From Pseudomonadota bacterium (lineage in GTDB: Bacteria > Bdellovibrionota_B > Oligoflexia > Oligoflexales > CAIYRB01): a DNA stretch of 64,000 nt. The position numbers and the translations under genes were made by a program. Position 1 is the stretch's first letter. Every line of letters begins with the position of its first letter. Location of the stretch: positions 14,257-78,256 of the forward strand of contig JANOTL010000202.1 of the NCBI GenBank assembly GCA_031416315.1, in the 5' to 3' direction. Under the pieces are notes generated by a model. The model was not told the DNA's origin. It saw nothing but the letters and a program-made list of their open reading frames with translations, and did not search any database. Shown piece by piece: positions 46,562-55,426 of the stretch.

Positions 46562-48926
46562 ACTTGGTCATCGTAAACTTCAGCTGATCCCCGTCCAGCT
46601 CGACCAAGACCTGCCCGCCATGCGCAAGCTTCCCGAAGAGCAACTCGTCGGCGAGCGGCTTCTTTAGCTTGTCCTGGATGACGCGCGCCAGGGGCCGCGC
46701 GCCGTAGGTCGGGTCGTAGCCTTTCTTGCCGAGCCACTTCCGTGCCGCCTCGCTGACCTCCAGGTGCACGCGCTGCTTCGTCAGCTTCTCGCGCACCTCG
46801 GCCAGGAACTTGTCGACGATTGAGAGAATCACCGACTCCTGCAGCGGGCCGAAGGAGATGATGGCGTCAAGACGGTTCCTGAACTCCGGGGAGAAGAGCT
46901 CGCGGACGGCGACGCTCTCGCCGGCGCCCAGGCCCGCCGCGTCGCGGCTGAAGCCTATGGAGCCCGTCGCCAATTCGCGCGCGCCGGCGTTCGTCGTCAT
47001 GATGATGACGACGTTGCGGAAATCGGACTTCCGACCGTTCGAGTCGGTGAGCGAGCCGTGGTCCATCACCTGCAACAGGATGTTCTGGATCTCAGGATGG
47101 GCTTTCTCGATCTCGTCGAGAAGCAGCACCGCGTGCGGCGTCTTGCTCACGGCGTCAGTCAAGAGGCCGCCCTGCTCGAAGCCGACGTAGCCAGGAGGCG
47201 CGCCGATGAGCCGCGAGACGGTGTGGCGCTCCATGTACTCCGACATGTCGTAGCGGATGAATTCGACGCCCATCACTTTGGCGAGCTGCTTGGCGACCTC
47301 CGTCTTACCGACGCCCGTCGGGCCGGCGAAGAGGAAGCTGCCGATCGGCTTCTCCTCGTCGCGCAGACCCGAGCGCGATAGCTTGATCGCCGCGCTGAGC
47401 GTCTCGATCGCTTGGTCCTGGCCGAAGACGACGGCCTTCAGTTCGGGCTCGAGGTCCTTCAGCGATTTGCGGTCGGTGGCGTTGACCTTCTGCGCCGGGA
47501 TGCGCGCCATTTTCGCGACGACGTTCTGGACGTCCAAGGCAGTGACCTTGAGCGGCTTGGTCGCGGTGCCACGCTTCGGCCGGAGCGCGAAAGCCGCGCC
47601 GGCCTCGTCGATCACGTCGATGGCGGTGTCGGGGAGCTTCCTCTCGCGCAAGTGGCGCGCCGCGAGCTCCGCCGCCTGCCGCAGAGCGTCGAGCGTGTAG
47701 ACCACCTTGTGATGCTCTTCGTACCGGGTTTTCAGGCCTTTCAGAATCTTGATCGTGTCCTCGATGGACGGCTCGTCGACGTCGATCTTCTGGAAGCGGC
47801 GGTCGAGCGCGTGATCGTTCTTGAAGTGCTGGCGGTACTCTTTGTATGTGGTCGAGCCAATGCAGCGGAGCTGGCCGGAGGAGAGTGCCGGCTTCAAAAG
47901 GTTCGAGGCGTCCAGCGCGCCGCCGCTTACGGCACCGGCGCCGATCACGGTGTGGATCTCGTCGATGAAGAGAACGGCGTGCTTGCGCTTGCTCAGCGCC
48001 TTCAGAACGTCCTTCAAGCGTTGCTCGAAGTCGCCGCGGAAACGCGAGCCGGCGATCAAGGTGCCCATGTCGAGCGCGAAGATCTCCGCGTCCTTCAAGG
48101 GCTCTGGGACTTCGCCTTCGATGATCTTCAGCGCCAGGCCCTCGGCGATCGCGGTCTTGCCGACGCCGGCGTCGCCGACGTACAGGGGATTGTTCTTGCG
48201 GCGGCGGCAGAGGACCTGCACCGTGCGCTCGATCTCCGCCTCGCGGCCGATCAAAGGATCGATCTTGCCTTGTTTCGCCCGCGCGCACAGGTCGACGCAG
48301 TAGAGCTTGAGCGGATCCTTGTCTTTCCTCGTCTCCTGCGTATTGCGGCGGGCGCCGGCGCGGCCGGGGCCTTCTTCGCCGTCACTGTCGCCGTCGCCTA
48401 AGCTCGGCTCGTCGTCATGATCAGAGTCGTCGTCACCCGAGGGCAGTTTCGGGCGCTCCCCGCCGTCCTCGTCCTCGAACTGCGGGTCGACGCCCGGCTT
48501 CACGATGCCGTGGGACATGTAGTTGATAACGTCGAAGCGGGTGACGTTCTGCTTTTTCAGGAAGTAGACGGCGAACGACTCGCGCTCCGAGAAGAGGGCG
48601 ACGAGGATGTTGTCGCCTTTGATCTTCTCCTTGCCCGAAGCGCGCACGTGCTGCGCCGCGCGTTGGATGACGCGCTGGAAGGCCAAGGTCGGCTGGGGCA
48701 TTTGCCCGGGTTTTAAGGTGGGCGAAGGATAGTGCTCGCGGAAAAACTCCTCGAGCATTCGCCGCGTTTCGTCCAGCGAGGCGCCGCAAGCCTTGAGGGC
48801 CCGCGCCGCCGAGTCGTTGCCCAGCAAGGCCAATAGCACGTGCTCAACAGTCACGTACTCGTGGCCGCGCCGCGCCGACTCGCTCACCGCGAGATTCAGG
48901 CTGGCTTCCAGTTCCGGACTAATCAT
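46560..48926 (-). CDS. clpA: ATP-dependent Clp protease ATP-binding subunit ClpA
   Basis: HEYVTVEH, GDAGVGKT, GPTGVGKT, DMSEYMERHTVSRL; no ClpB middle domain; downstream of clpS. Confidence 0.96.
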   Translation of the reverse strand: MISPELEASLNLAVSESARRGHEYVTVEHVLLALLGNDSAARALKACGASLDETRRMLEEFFREHYPSPTLKPGQMPQPTLAFQRVIQRAAQHVRASGKEKIKGDNILVALFSERESFAVYFLKKQNVTRFDVINYMSHGIVKPGVDPQFEDEDGGERPKLPSGDDDSDHDDEPSLGDGDSDGEEGPGRAGARRNTQETRKDKDPLKLYCVDLCARAKQGKIDPLIGREAEIERTVQVLCRRRKNNPLYVGDAGVGKTAIAEGLALKIIEGEVPEPLKDAEIFALDMGTLIAGSRFRGDFEQRLKDVLKALSKRKHAVLFIDEIHTVIGAGAVSGGALDASNLLKPALSSGQLRCIGSTTYKEYRQHFKNDHALDRRFQKIDVDEPSIEDTIKILKGLKTRYEEHHKVVYTLDALRQAAELAARHLRERKLPDTAIDVIDEAGAAFALRPKRGTATKPLKVTALDVQNVVAKMARIPAQKVNATDRKSLKDLEPELKAVVFGQDQAIETLSAAIKLSRSGLRDEEKPIGSFLFAGPTGVGKTEVAKQLAKVMGVEFIRYDMSEYMERHTVSRLIGAPPGYVGFEQGGLLTDAVSKTPHAVLLLDEIEKAHPEIQNILLQVMDHGSLTDSNGRKSDFRNVVIIMTTNAGARELATGSIGFSRDAAGLGAGESVAVRELFSPEFRNRLDAIISFGPLQESVILSIVDKFLAEVREKLTKQRVHLEVSEAARKWLGKKGYDPTYGARPLARVIQDKLKKPLADELLFGKLAHGGQVLVELDGDQLKFTMTK

Positions 48927-48980
48927 TGCGCGCCCTCCGCAAAACCTGCTTCGAGACGGGGGTCGCGCCAGGCGCCGCCG

Positions 48981-49322
48981 TCAGGCTCGTTCCATCGTAC
49001 ACTGCAGCGGATGCTCGTGCTCCCGAGCGGCCTCGGTCACCAAAGCCACCTTCGTCTCGGCAACCTCGTAGGGAAAGATCCCGCAGACGCCTTTGCCCTT
49101 GTAGTGAACCGCCAACATGATCTCGGTCGCTTGTGCGTGCGTCTTGCTGAAGAAGCGCTCGAGGACGTCGACCACGAAGTCCATCGGAGTGAAGTCGTCG
49201 TTGTGCAGCAACACCTTGTAGAGGTTCGGGCGCTCCGCCCGGACCTTCCGCTCGGTCAATAGACCGGTGCTACCGCCATCGTCGTCCTGCTGATTCGGAT
49301 TGTCGTGCTCGTCTTGCGCCAT
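48981..49322 (-). CDS. clpS: Clp protease adaptor ClpS
   Basis: [36 protein letters not shown]. Confidence 0.96.
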   Translation of the reverse strand: MAQDEHDNPNQQDDDGGSTGLLTERKVRAERPNLYKVLLHNDDFTPMDFVVDVLERFFSKTHAQATEIMLAVHYKGKGVCGIFPYEVAETKVALVTEAAREHEHPLQCTMERA

Positions 49323-49359
49323 CGTCGTTTGACACCCGATCCGGAAGATATCCAAAACA

Positions 49360-49387
49360 AAATGGGGCGCGCCTAAGAAACGTCAAG
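49360..49387 (-). promoter_or_regulatory. sigma32 (RpoH)-like heat-shock promoter for clpSA
   Basis: Minus strand CTTGAC-N14-CCCCATTT. Confidence 0.65.
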
Positions 49388-49663
49388 GGCGCGCGACTCC
49401 ATCGTCGCAACTTGGGCTGGGCGCGGCAAGGACTTCCGAAAAACTAATATAATCGTACAGTTAGCAATGGTGGCGGCGCAGCGCGACGGCGCGACGCGAA
49501 AATGAGACGCCGGCGAGGGCGAAAGCGGCGTCGAAATGGCAGCCAACAGCGCGAGAGACGCGCTACGTCGAGATCAGCTCGCGCGACGGCATCCGAAAAG
49601 TTGGCACGAAAGATGAAGCGGCGAGGACGAGCGCGTGACGCGCCAATACGAAAGGACACCCAC

Positions 49664-49822
49664 ATGTCGATCTCTTTGATTCTTCTCGTCGTGCTCGTCG
49701 TCTTGCTGCTCGGCGCCGTCCCGGCATGGCCGCACAGCCGCAACTGGGGCTACGGACCGAGCGGTCTGCTCGGCCTCGTCCTAGTCGTGGTCGTCGTCAT
49801 GGCCTTGATGAATAGGATTTAA
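49664..49822 (+). CDS. DUF3309 family small membrane protein
   Basis: LLLGAVPAWPHSRNWGYGPSG; AAGGA RBS. Confidence 0.9.
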   Translation: MSISLILLVVLVVLLLGAVPAWPHSRNWGYGPSGLLGLVLVVVVVMALMNRI

Positions 49823-49823
49823 C

Positions 49824-49964
49824 ATGGAAACTCGGCCCCAAGCGGCAGAAGCCGCGCCGGAGATTTTGTGGTTCGGTGACGAGGAAGACGAGGACGTCGC
49901 CCACGAAGTGGAGCTGATCTCGGATTTCTACGACTCGTTTCTTCGAAGCGGGCCGAGCCACTGA
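49824..49964 (+). CDS. 46-aa acidic small protein (not in ORF track)
   Basis: METRPQAAEAAPEILWFGDEEDEDVAHEVELISDFYDSFLRSGPSH; starts 1 nt after the DUF3309 stop; AGGA upstream. Confidence 0.45.
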   Translation: METRPQAAEAAPEILWFGDEEDEDVAHEVELISDFYDSFLRSGPSH

Positions 49965-50057
49965 TAGCCCCTACGGTCGCCGCCCAGTCGAAGCCGGCGC
50001 CGATCTTTCTGAAGAGCTCGCCGATCTGCGTCGGCGGGCTCTTGCAGCTGCCGAGCC

Positions 50058-50660
50058 TTAGAGCACCTTCTTCGCCAGAAGGCTTCGCGCCATGACCGTG
50101 ACCGCGAGCACCGCGATCCAGATCGGCACGAAGACGTGCAAAGCCTCGGGGAACAACAGGAAGAGCGTATAGGCGATCCCGGTCTCGCCGCCCTCGGCCA
50201 GGCCGGCGCCGAGGCGAAGGCTCCGATCGTCGCGCGCCGCGTGGCCGACGCCGCGCTTCTCCTCGAGGTTGCCGAAGGCGAGGGCGCTGGTGATGCAGAG
50301 CACGTAGAGGAACAGGATCAATGCCCAGCCGAACGACAGCTCGGGCCGAGCGCACGCAAAGCCCAGGATCATGACGCCGTAGCTCGCCATGTCCAGCACG
50401 ATGTCGAGGTAGCCTCCGAAGTCCGTAACCTGGCGCGTTCGCCGCGCGTAGATCCCGTCGGTGCCGTCGAGGAGCCGTGACAGCCACCACAAGAGCAGAG
50501 CCACCCAGCTCCAGCCAACGCTGACGAAGAAGGCCGCAATGCAGGCAACGCCGAATCCCGCGAACGTCAGCTGGTTCGGCGTGAATCCGCGCGCCTCGTA
50601 CCACTCGAGCAGGGGCTCGACGTAGCGAGGCAGGACAGCGCGAAAAGGTCCGTCGATCAT
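50058..50660 (-). CDS. CDP-alcohol phosphatidyltransferase family protein
   Basis: TPNQLT; DGTDGIYARR...TDFGGYLDIVLD signature. Confidence 0.92.
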   Translation of the reverse strand: MIDGPFRAVLPRYVEPLLEWYEARGFTPNQLTFAGFGVACIAAFFVSVGWSWVALLLWWLSRLLDGTDGIYARRTRQVTDFGGYLDIVLDMASYGVMILGFACARPELSFGWALILFLYVLCITSALAFGNLEEKRGVGHAARDDRSLRLGAGLAEGGETGIAYTLFLLFPEALHVFVPIWIAVLAVTVMARSLLAKKVL

Positions 50661-50669
50661 GGCACCATC

Positions 50670-51392
50670 CTACTCGATCCGGATCACGACGCGACGATTC
50701 GCCGCGCGCGCCTTCGCCAGCGCCTCGCCCTTCAAGCCTTCCGGTAGGACCTTGGGCTTCGTTTGCGCGTAGGCGAGGACCGAAAGGCGGGTCTCGGCGA
50801 CGCCGCGCTTCTTGAAGCCCTCGAGGAGCGAGATGCCTCGCGCCGCGGCCAGCTCCCAGTTGCTGGTGAACTGCTTCTGCTTGGCGCCGGCCTTCGGCGT
50901 CGCGATCTTGACGTCGTCGGTGTGGCCCTCGATGACGATCTTGTAGTTGCCCGGCGTCTTGGCGATGACGGCGAGGACCTTGCTCACCACCGCCTCGGTC
51001 GCGGCCTTCGGCGCCGACGAGCCGGTCTCGAAGAGGACGCCGTCGCGAAACTCGATGGCCAGACCCTGCATCGACGAGGTGACGTCGATCGACTTGTCGA
51101 GGCTCTGCTCCTTGACCACCTGGTCGAGCTTGGACTCGATCGACTTCAGGTTCTCTTGCGGCTGCTTTTGCTGCTTCTCATTGATCGCGCTCGACAGGTT
51201 GTCGTACTTCCGCTTGTCGGGCGTCGAATAGCTTAGCTGCAGGATGAAGAACGACATCAGGATCAGGCTCATGTCGGAGAAGGACATGAGCCAGAGCGTC
51301 TCGCTCTTCTTCACTTTCGATTTTTTGCGCACGAGGCTCGCGGCCCCGCCGTCGTCACCCTCCCGCGCGTTGTCGTCGGCTTCGGCGCTCAC
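50670..51392 (-). CDS. motB: flagellar stator MotB/PomB
   Basis: WLMSFSDM TM Asp; IEGHTDD, SNWEL, ANRRVVI OmpA-like domain. Confidence 0.9.
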   Translation of the reverse strand: MSAEADDNAREGDDGGAASLVRKKSKVKKSETLWLMSFSDMSLILMSFFILQLSYSTPDKRKYDNLSSAINEKQQKQPQENLKSIESKLDQVVKEQSLDKSIDVTSSMQGLAIEFRDGVLFETGSSAPKAATEAVVSKVLAVIAKTPGNYKIVIEGHTDDVKIATPKAGAKQKQFTSNWELAAARGISLLEGFKKRGVAETRLSVLAYAQTKPKVLPEGLKGEALAKARAANRRVVIRIE

Positions 51393-51395
51393 GCG

Positions 51396-52184
51396 TCAGG
51401 CGCCCTTTTTCGCGGGGCTCCCCGCGGGCGCCTCGTCCTTGCCCTTGCCGGCGCCGTACGTCTTCATGATGTCTTTGAGGTGCGCCGTCGACTTCTTGCC
51501 CTTGATGTTGAGGAGGCCTTCGATAATCAAGATGTCGATCTCGAGCGTCTTCTCCGCCTCGAGCGCCACCTTCTCGGCCCAAGGGCCGAAGATGATGGTG
51601 CCGAGCATGAGGCCGTAGAGCGTGGTGATCATCGCCAGCGCCATGTTCGAGCCGATCTTCGACGGGTCGTCCATGTGCGAGAGCATCTTGATGAGCCCCA
51701 TCAGCGTGCCGATCATGCCGACGCCCGGCGCAAGCTTCGCCATGTTCTCGAACAGGTTCGCGGCGAGCTGCATGTGCGACTGCTTGGCATTGACCCGCGC
51801 CGACAGGTTGTGGCGGATCTCCTCGGGCTTGAAGTCGTTGATGAGGAGCGAGAGGCCGTCGCGGAGAAGCGGGTAGCGCGCTTTATCGCGGAACGGCACG
51901 ACGGCGGCGATGCCCTCCGAGCGCACGGCTTTCGACAGCAAGGTGAGGGTATCGATCACCTCGTCATGGTGCTTGCGCAGGCGCGAGAACATCGACGACA
52001 CGACGAGCCGTCCGCCGGTGAAGAAGTCGGTGATCCCATGAGAAAGCAGCATGATCGAAGGCGTACCGAGGCCGAGCAGCACCATCGCCGCTGGGTCGAT
52101 GAAGCCGCTAAAGCCCGACCCCTCGTGCTCGAACGAGAAGTAGAGACTGAATGCGATGCCGAGGAATCCCAGGATTTGCGACAC
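51396..52184 (-). CDS. motA: flagellar stator MotA/PomA
   Basis: APGVGMIGTLMGLI.ML, IGSNMALAMITTLYG; GTG start with GGAGG RBS. Confidence 0.9.
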   Translation of the reverse strand: MSQILGFLGIAFSLYFSFEHEGSGFSGFIDPAAMVLLGLGTPSIMLLSHGITDFFTGGRLVVSSMFSRLRKHHDEVIDTLTLLSKAVRSEGIAAVVPFRDKARYPLLRDGLSLLINDFKPEEIRHNLSARVNAKQSHMQLAANLFENMAKLAPGVGMIGTLMGLIKMLSHMDDPSKIGSNMALAMITTLYGLMLGTIIFGPWAEKVALEAEKTLEIDILIIEGLLNIKGKKSTAHLKDIMKTYGAGKGKDEAPAGSPAKKGA

Positions 52185-52444
52185 CGGCGCACCTCCGACT
52201 TCCTCTAGCTTAAGGTGTCGGTAACTACGCGTCAGTCGGCAGGATTTTCCCAATTCGCTTTCGTACAAAGTCGCCTTGTGCATTTCCGCAAGGGAATGTT
52301 GACGGCATACCCAAGGGATGATATGCGATTGATAAGAGTCTCAGGCATCATCAGCAGTCATCGAGCGGAACCGCGACGGCCACAGGGTCACGCAGGCGGG
52401 ACTTCCACACGCGCGCCGGCGCCGATTTGGGGAGACTTAGGGCC

Positions 52445-53383
52445 ATGAAGAAAGCCACTGAAGTCAAATACCCGAATTCGGCCAACCTGTTCCAGTTCTG
52501 CCGCCGGGTCCTCGACCACAAGTTCGGCGGTATCCGCGTCATCGACCAGGACGTCGGCCAGATCCTGGGCTTCGACCCTGCCGACTGCAGCCACTGGAAA
52601 AAGGGCAAGAAGAACATCCGCTCGATCCAGGCGATGAAGTCGATCGCCGAGCATTTGGGCGTGGACGAGCGCCTCGTGGTGGACGTCGCCAGCGGCGACC
52701 TCGACGAGACCGAGGCCTTCTACGAATTCTCCGGCTACGGCGCCTTCGCCCTCGACGGCAAAGTGATCGAGGCCGCGAAGAAGGACTTCTACCGCCGCCA
52801 CGCAGGCACTTGGACGAAAGATCGCGAGAACGAGTTCCGCGAGTTCTTCAACGTCAACGAGCCGACGATCGACCGGATCGTCGAGGCGATCCACGCGCGC
52901 ATCAACTTCCAAGAGGCGCCGCTCTACTTGCCGGAGATCGTCGCCGCGCATCCCGAAGTCGCGCTCTCGCCGGCGGCGCCGGAAGGCGTCCGCTCGCCGA
53001 AGGACAACCCCGCGCCCGTCAGCGTCTCCCGCAAGGGCGCGCATACGACGATCAACTACGCGGTGGGCACCGAGATGCGGCCCTACATGCGCTACCGCCT
53101 CGCGAAGGCGATGGCGACGCATTTCCTGGCCGCAAACCCCGCGTTCCCGTCCTTCCAGGACGCCGCTGGCGACCAAAGCGAGTTCGCCGCGCACTTGGCC
53201 GACGTCCAGGGCAATCTTTTCGCCGCGAAGCTGTTGGCTCCTGCGCACCTCGTGCGCAAAGAGATCAACAACGTCAACGTCGCGAAGGACATCGTCGCCC
53301 AGCTCTCCGAGATCTTCTGGGTCTCGAAAACTTTCATGAACCGGCGACTTAGGGACATCCTGTCGTCGTCCGCGACGATCTAA
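52445..53383 (+). CDS. XRE-like HTH regulator fused to a degenerate ImmA/IrrE-like domain
   Basis: DQDVGQILGFDPADCSHWKKG HTH; MRYRLAKAMATH and QGNLFAAKLLAP...FWVS..FM..RL. Confidence 0.7.
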   Translation: MKKATEVKYPNSANLFQFCRRVLDHKFGGIRVIDQDVGQILGFDPADCSHWKKGKKNIRSIQAMKSIAEHLGVDERLVVDVASGDLDETEAFYEFSGYGAFALDGKVIEAAKKDFYRRHAGTWTKDRENEFREFFNVNEPTIDRIVEAIHARINFQEAPLYLPEIVAAHPEVALSPAAPEGVRSPKDNPAPVSVSRKGAHTTINYAVGTEMRPYMRYRLAKAMATHFLAANPAFPSFQDAAGDQSEFAAHLADVQGNLFAAKLLAPAHLVRKEINNVNVAKDIVAQLSEIFWVSKTFMNRRLRDILSSSATI

Positions 53384-53405
53384 CCGGAGCCGCCTCTACG
53401 GCAAC

Positions 53406-54302
53406 TCACGCGCCTTTCGGCGGCGCACCTTGCGGACCCTTCGGCGCCGGGAGGATCGGCTCGCCGTCAGGCAGGGACAGCCACTGCTGATCCCTCATGT
53501 CGTCGATCTTGAGGTTGCCGTTTTTCTTGAGGAAGAACTCCGGCTCGAGGATCTCGCGCTTCTTGCAGCGCTCGATGTGATAGAGGCGCGAATAGAACGC
53601 CATATAGCGTCCGTCGATGCCCTCGCAGGCCTCGTCGATCGGGATGATCTCGACGCCGGCCTGGCCGGTGAGGAGCTTGGCGAACATGTCGTCGACGACG
53701 GAGGGATAGGGCTCGCCCTCGACCGTGCGCTCGAACTCGATGAGGCTCAGGGAAAGGATCTCGCCCTTCTTGTCGCCGCGCGTGTCGCGGTGCTTGACGT
53801 AGGTCGTCCAGTCCGGAAACAAGCGCCGCTTGCAACGCTCGATGAAGTAGACGTCGACAGAAGAGAAGCTGACGTAGTGGGCTTCAAGCTGCGCACAGCT
53901 TCGGGCCTGCTCGGTGGTGACCGAGACGTCGAGCGGCGAGCCTTCGGGGATGGCGGCGATGACGTCGGCGTCGACGTCGATGACGCGCGAGCCGCTGCGC
54001 TGCATGCTGTAGACGGTCTTGCTGTCGAGCAGGGGACGGCGCTTGCAGCCCTCGACCTTCCAGACGTCGCCGTAGTACGCGATCACCTGCCCGGAGTATT
54101 TGCCGCAGAACCGCTTGACGTCGTCCTTCGTGAAGATCTTCTGCACCGCAGGCTGCTCCGGCGCAACGAGGTATTCCTTCTCCTCCTCGCGGACCTTCTT
54201 GGCGTCTTTGCCGGGGGCCTTCGCCTCGTCCTGGGCGTGAGCCAAGGGCGCGAGCGTCGCGGCAAGCAGGAACCCGGAAAGGGCGGCGAACGTGAGCTTC
54301 AT
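53406..54302 (-). CDS. secreted protein with three Cys-containing tandem repeats
   Basis: AHA signal peptide; three units C...(W/Y)x(V/I)ExCK(R/K)R...GxP. Confidence 0.75.
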   Translation of the reverse strand: MKLTFAALSGFLLAATLAPLAHAQDEAKAPGKDAKKVREEEKEYLVAPEQPAVQKIFTKDDVKRFCGKYSGQVIAYYGDVWKVEGCKRRPLLDSKTVYSMQRSGSRVIDVDADVIAAIPEGSPLDVSVTTEQARSCAQLEAHYVSFSSVDVYFIERCKRRLFPDWTTYVKHRDTRGDKKGEILSLSLIEFERTVEGEPYPSVVDDMFAKLLTGQAGVEIIPIDEACEGIDGRYMAFYSRLYHIERCKKREILEPEFFLKKNGNLKIDDMRDQQWLSLPDGEPILPAPKGPQGAPPKGA

Positions 54303-54322
54303 GTGCAAGGCCTCCACCGGGT

Positions 54323-54349
54323 TGATCGGCAGCCGTTCGTGAATCTAAA
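54323..54349 (-). promoter_or_regulatory. sigma28/FliA-like promoter
   Basis: Minus strand TTTAG-N14-GCCGATCA. Confidence 0.5.
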
Positions 54350-54378
54350 AAATTTCTTTTGAGAGTCCCCTAAGCGGC

Positions 54379-54412
54379 ACGGGCCGAAATCCCAAATGGG
54401 AGTCCGGCCCGT
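54379..54412 (-). terminator. hairpin after the 54445-55245 gene
   Basis: acgggccg-aaatccc-aaat-gggagtc-cggcccgt; no clear U tract. Confidence 0.45.
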
Positions 54413-54444
54413 CAGTTTAACTCATCGAAACTGCAAAGGAAAAT

Positions 54445-55245
54445 TTAGCGTTTCGGTTTGTACGAAACGGTCTTGACGCGGGCCTTCGGCGCCTTCTGCA
54501 GGGTGGCGCGCTTCGACTTCTGGGCCATCTTCTTGCCGACGGCGCCGCGGGAGCTCTGCTTGGTCAGGACCTTGTGCGGGATCGGGGGATTCACGACGTG
54601 GATGACGAGCGGCTGCGGCTCGCGCTTCGGCTCGGACTTCGCGACGGGCGCTCTGCCGTGCGCCTTGACGGTCAAGGCCGGCTCCTTGGCATGCTTCGTC
54701 TTGCCGGCGGTGTGCTCGAACCATTTCTTGTAGTCGAGGACCTGCGAGACTTTGACGCTCGGGAGGACGCCCGAGACCGCACGGAAGGCCCAAAGGCCGC
54801 CCCCGAGAACGAGCAGGACCACGAACGCGACGACGAACGGAAGGCGCGAGCGGCGCACTTTGGCCTTCACCGGGCGCTGCGCCTTGATGATCTGCTTCTG
54901 CAGGTGCTTCAGCTCCCGCGCCACTTTGCGCGCGCCGGCCGGCTCGCCGAGCGGGTTCAGCTGGTGGGCGACTTTCGCGACGTTGGACTTCAAGCGCTCA
55001 GAGAAGATCCCCGGCTTGGACGGCCCTCTGACGGCTTCGTGCTTCTTCTTCTTCTCGGCCTTGTCGGCCGCGGCGTTCTTGTCGGCCTGGTCCAAAATCA
55101 GGGTCGGCATCTCGGCCTTGATGGTGGTCGCGAGGCGGCTGACCGCGGTCTTCGAGTCGACGCCGAGCTCGCGGCCCTTCTCGCGCAGGGTCTCGAGGAT
55201 GCTTTGGACTTGCTGAGCCGGCTTCTTCTTCTGGTTCTTTGCCAT
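54445..55245 (-). CDS. highly basic single-pass membrane protein
   Basis: Lys-rich termini; TM FVVAFVVLLVLGGGLW. Confidence 0.65.
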   Translation of the reverse strand: MAKNQKKKPAQQVQSILETLREKGRELGVDSKTAVSRLATTIKAEMPTLILDQADKNAAADKAEKKKKHEAVRGPSKPGIFSERLKSNVAKVAHQLNPLGEPAGARKVARELKHLQKQIIKAQRPVKAKVRRSRLPFVVAFVVLLVLGGGLWAFRAVSGVLPSVKVSQVLDYKKWFEHTAGKTKHAKEPALTVKAHGRAPVAKSEPKREPQPLVIHVVNPPIPHKVLTKQSSRGAVGKKMAQKSKRATLQKAPKARVKTVSYKPKR

Positions 55246-55426
55246 GGCGGGGAGCTTCCGAGTGGAAAGGGGGAGCGGGGAGCAGGAGCTGCCACGAGCA
55301 CGACGGAGCAAAGCGCGGGCCGACGGGCCGATTCGCCGAAACGCCTTAGGTTTCCGCGGGAAAGCGCTTGAAGGCTCCGGGACTGGGGGTGTAAACGGCT
55401 TGGACACTCGTTGGGGAAACTACGCG

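Noticed and set aside
49601..49617. sigma54 promoter before DUF3309
   Set aside because: Good TGGCACG, but the -12 position is GA rather than GC
50670..53383. Zorya or CapH/CapP-type defence locus
   Set aside because: MotA is normal length with no long ZorA tail, there are no zorC/D/E or CBASS genes, and the protease motif is absent
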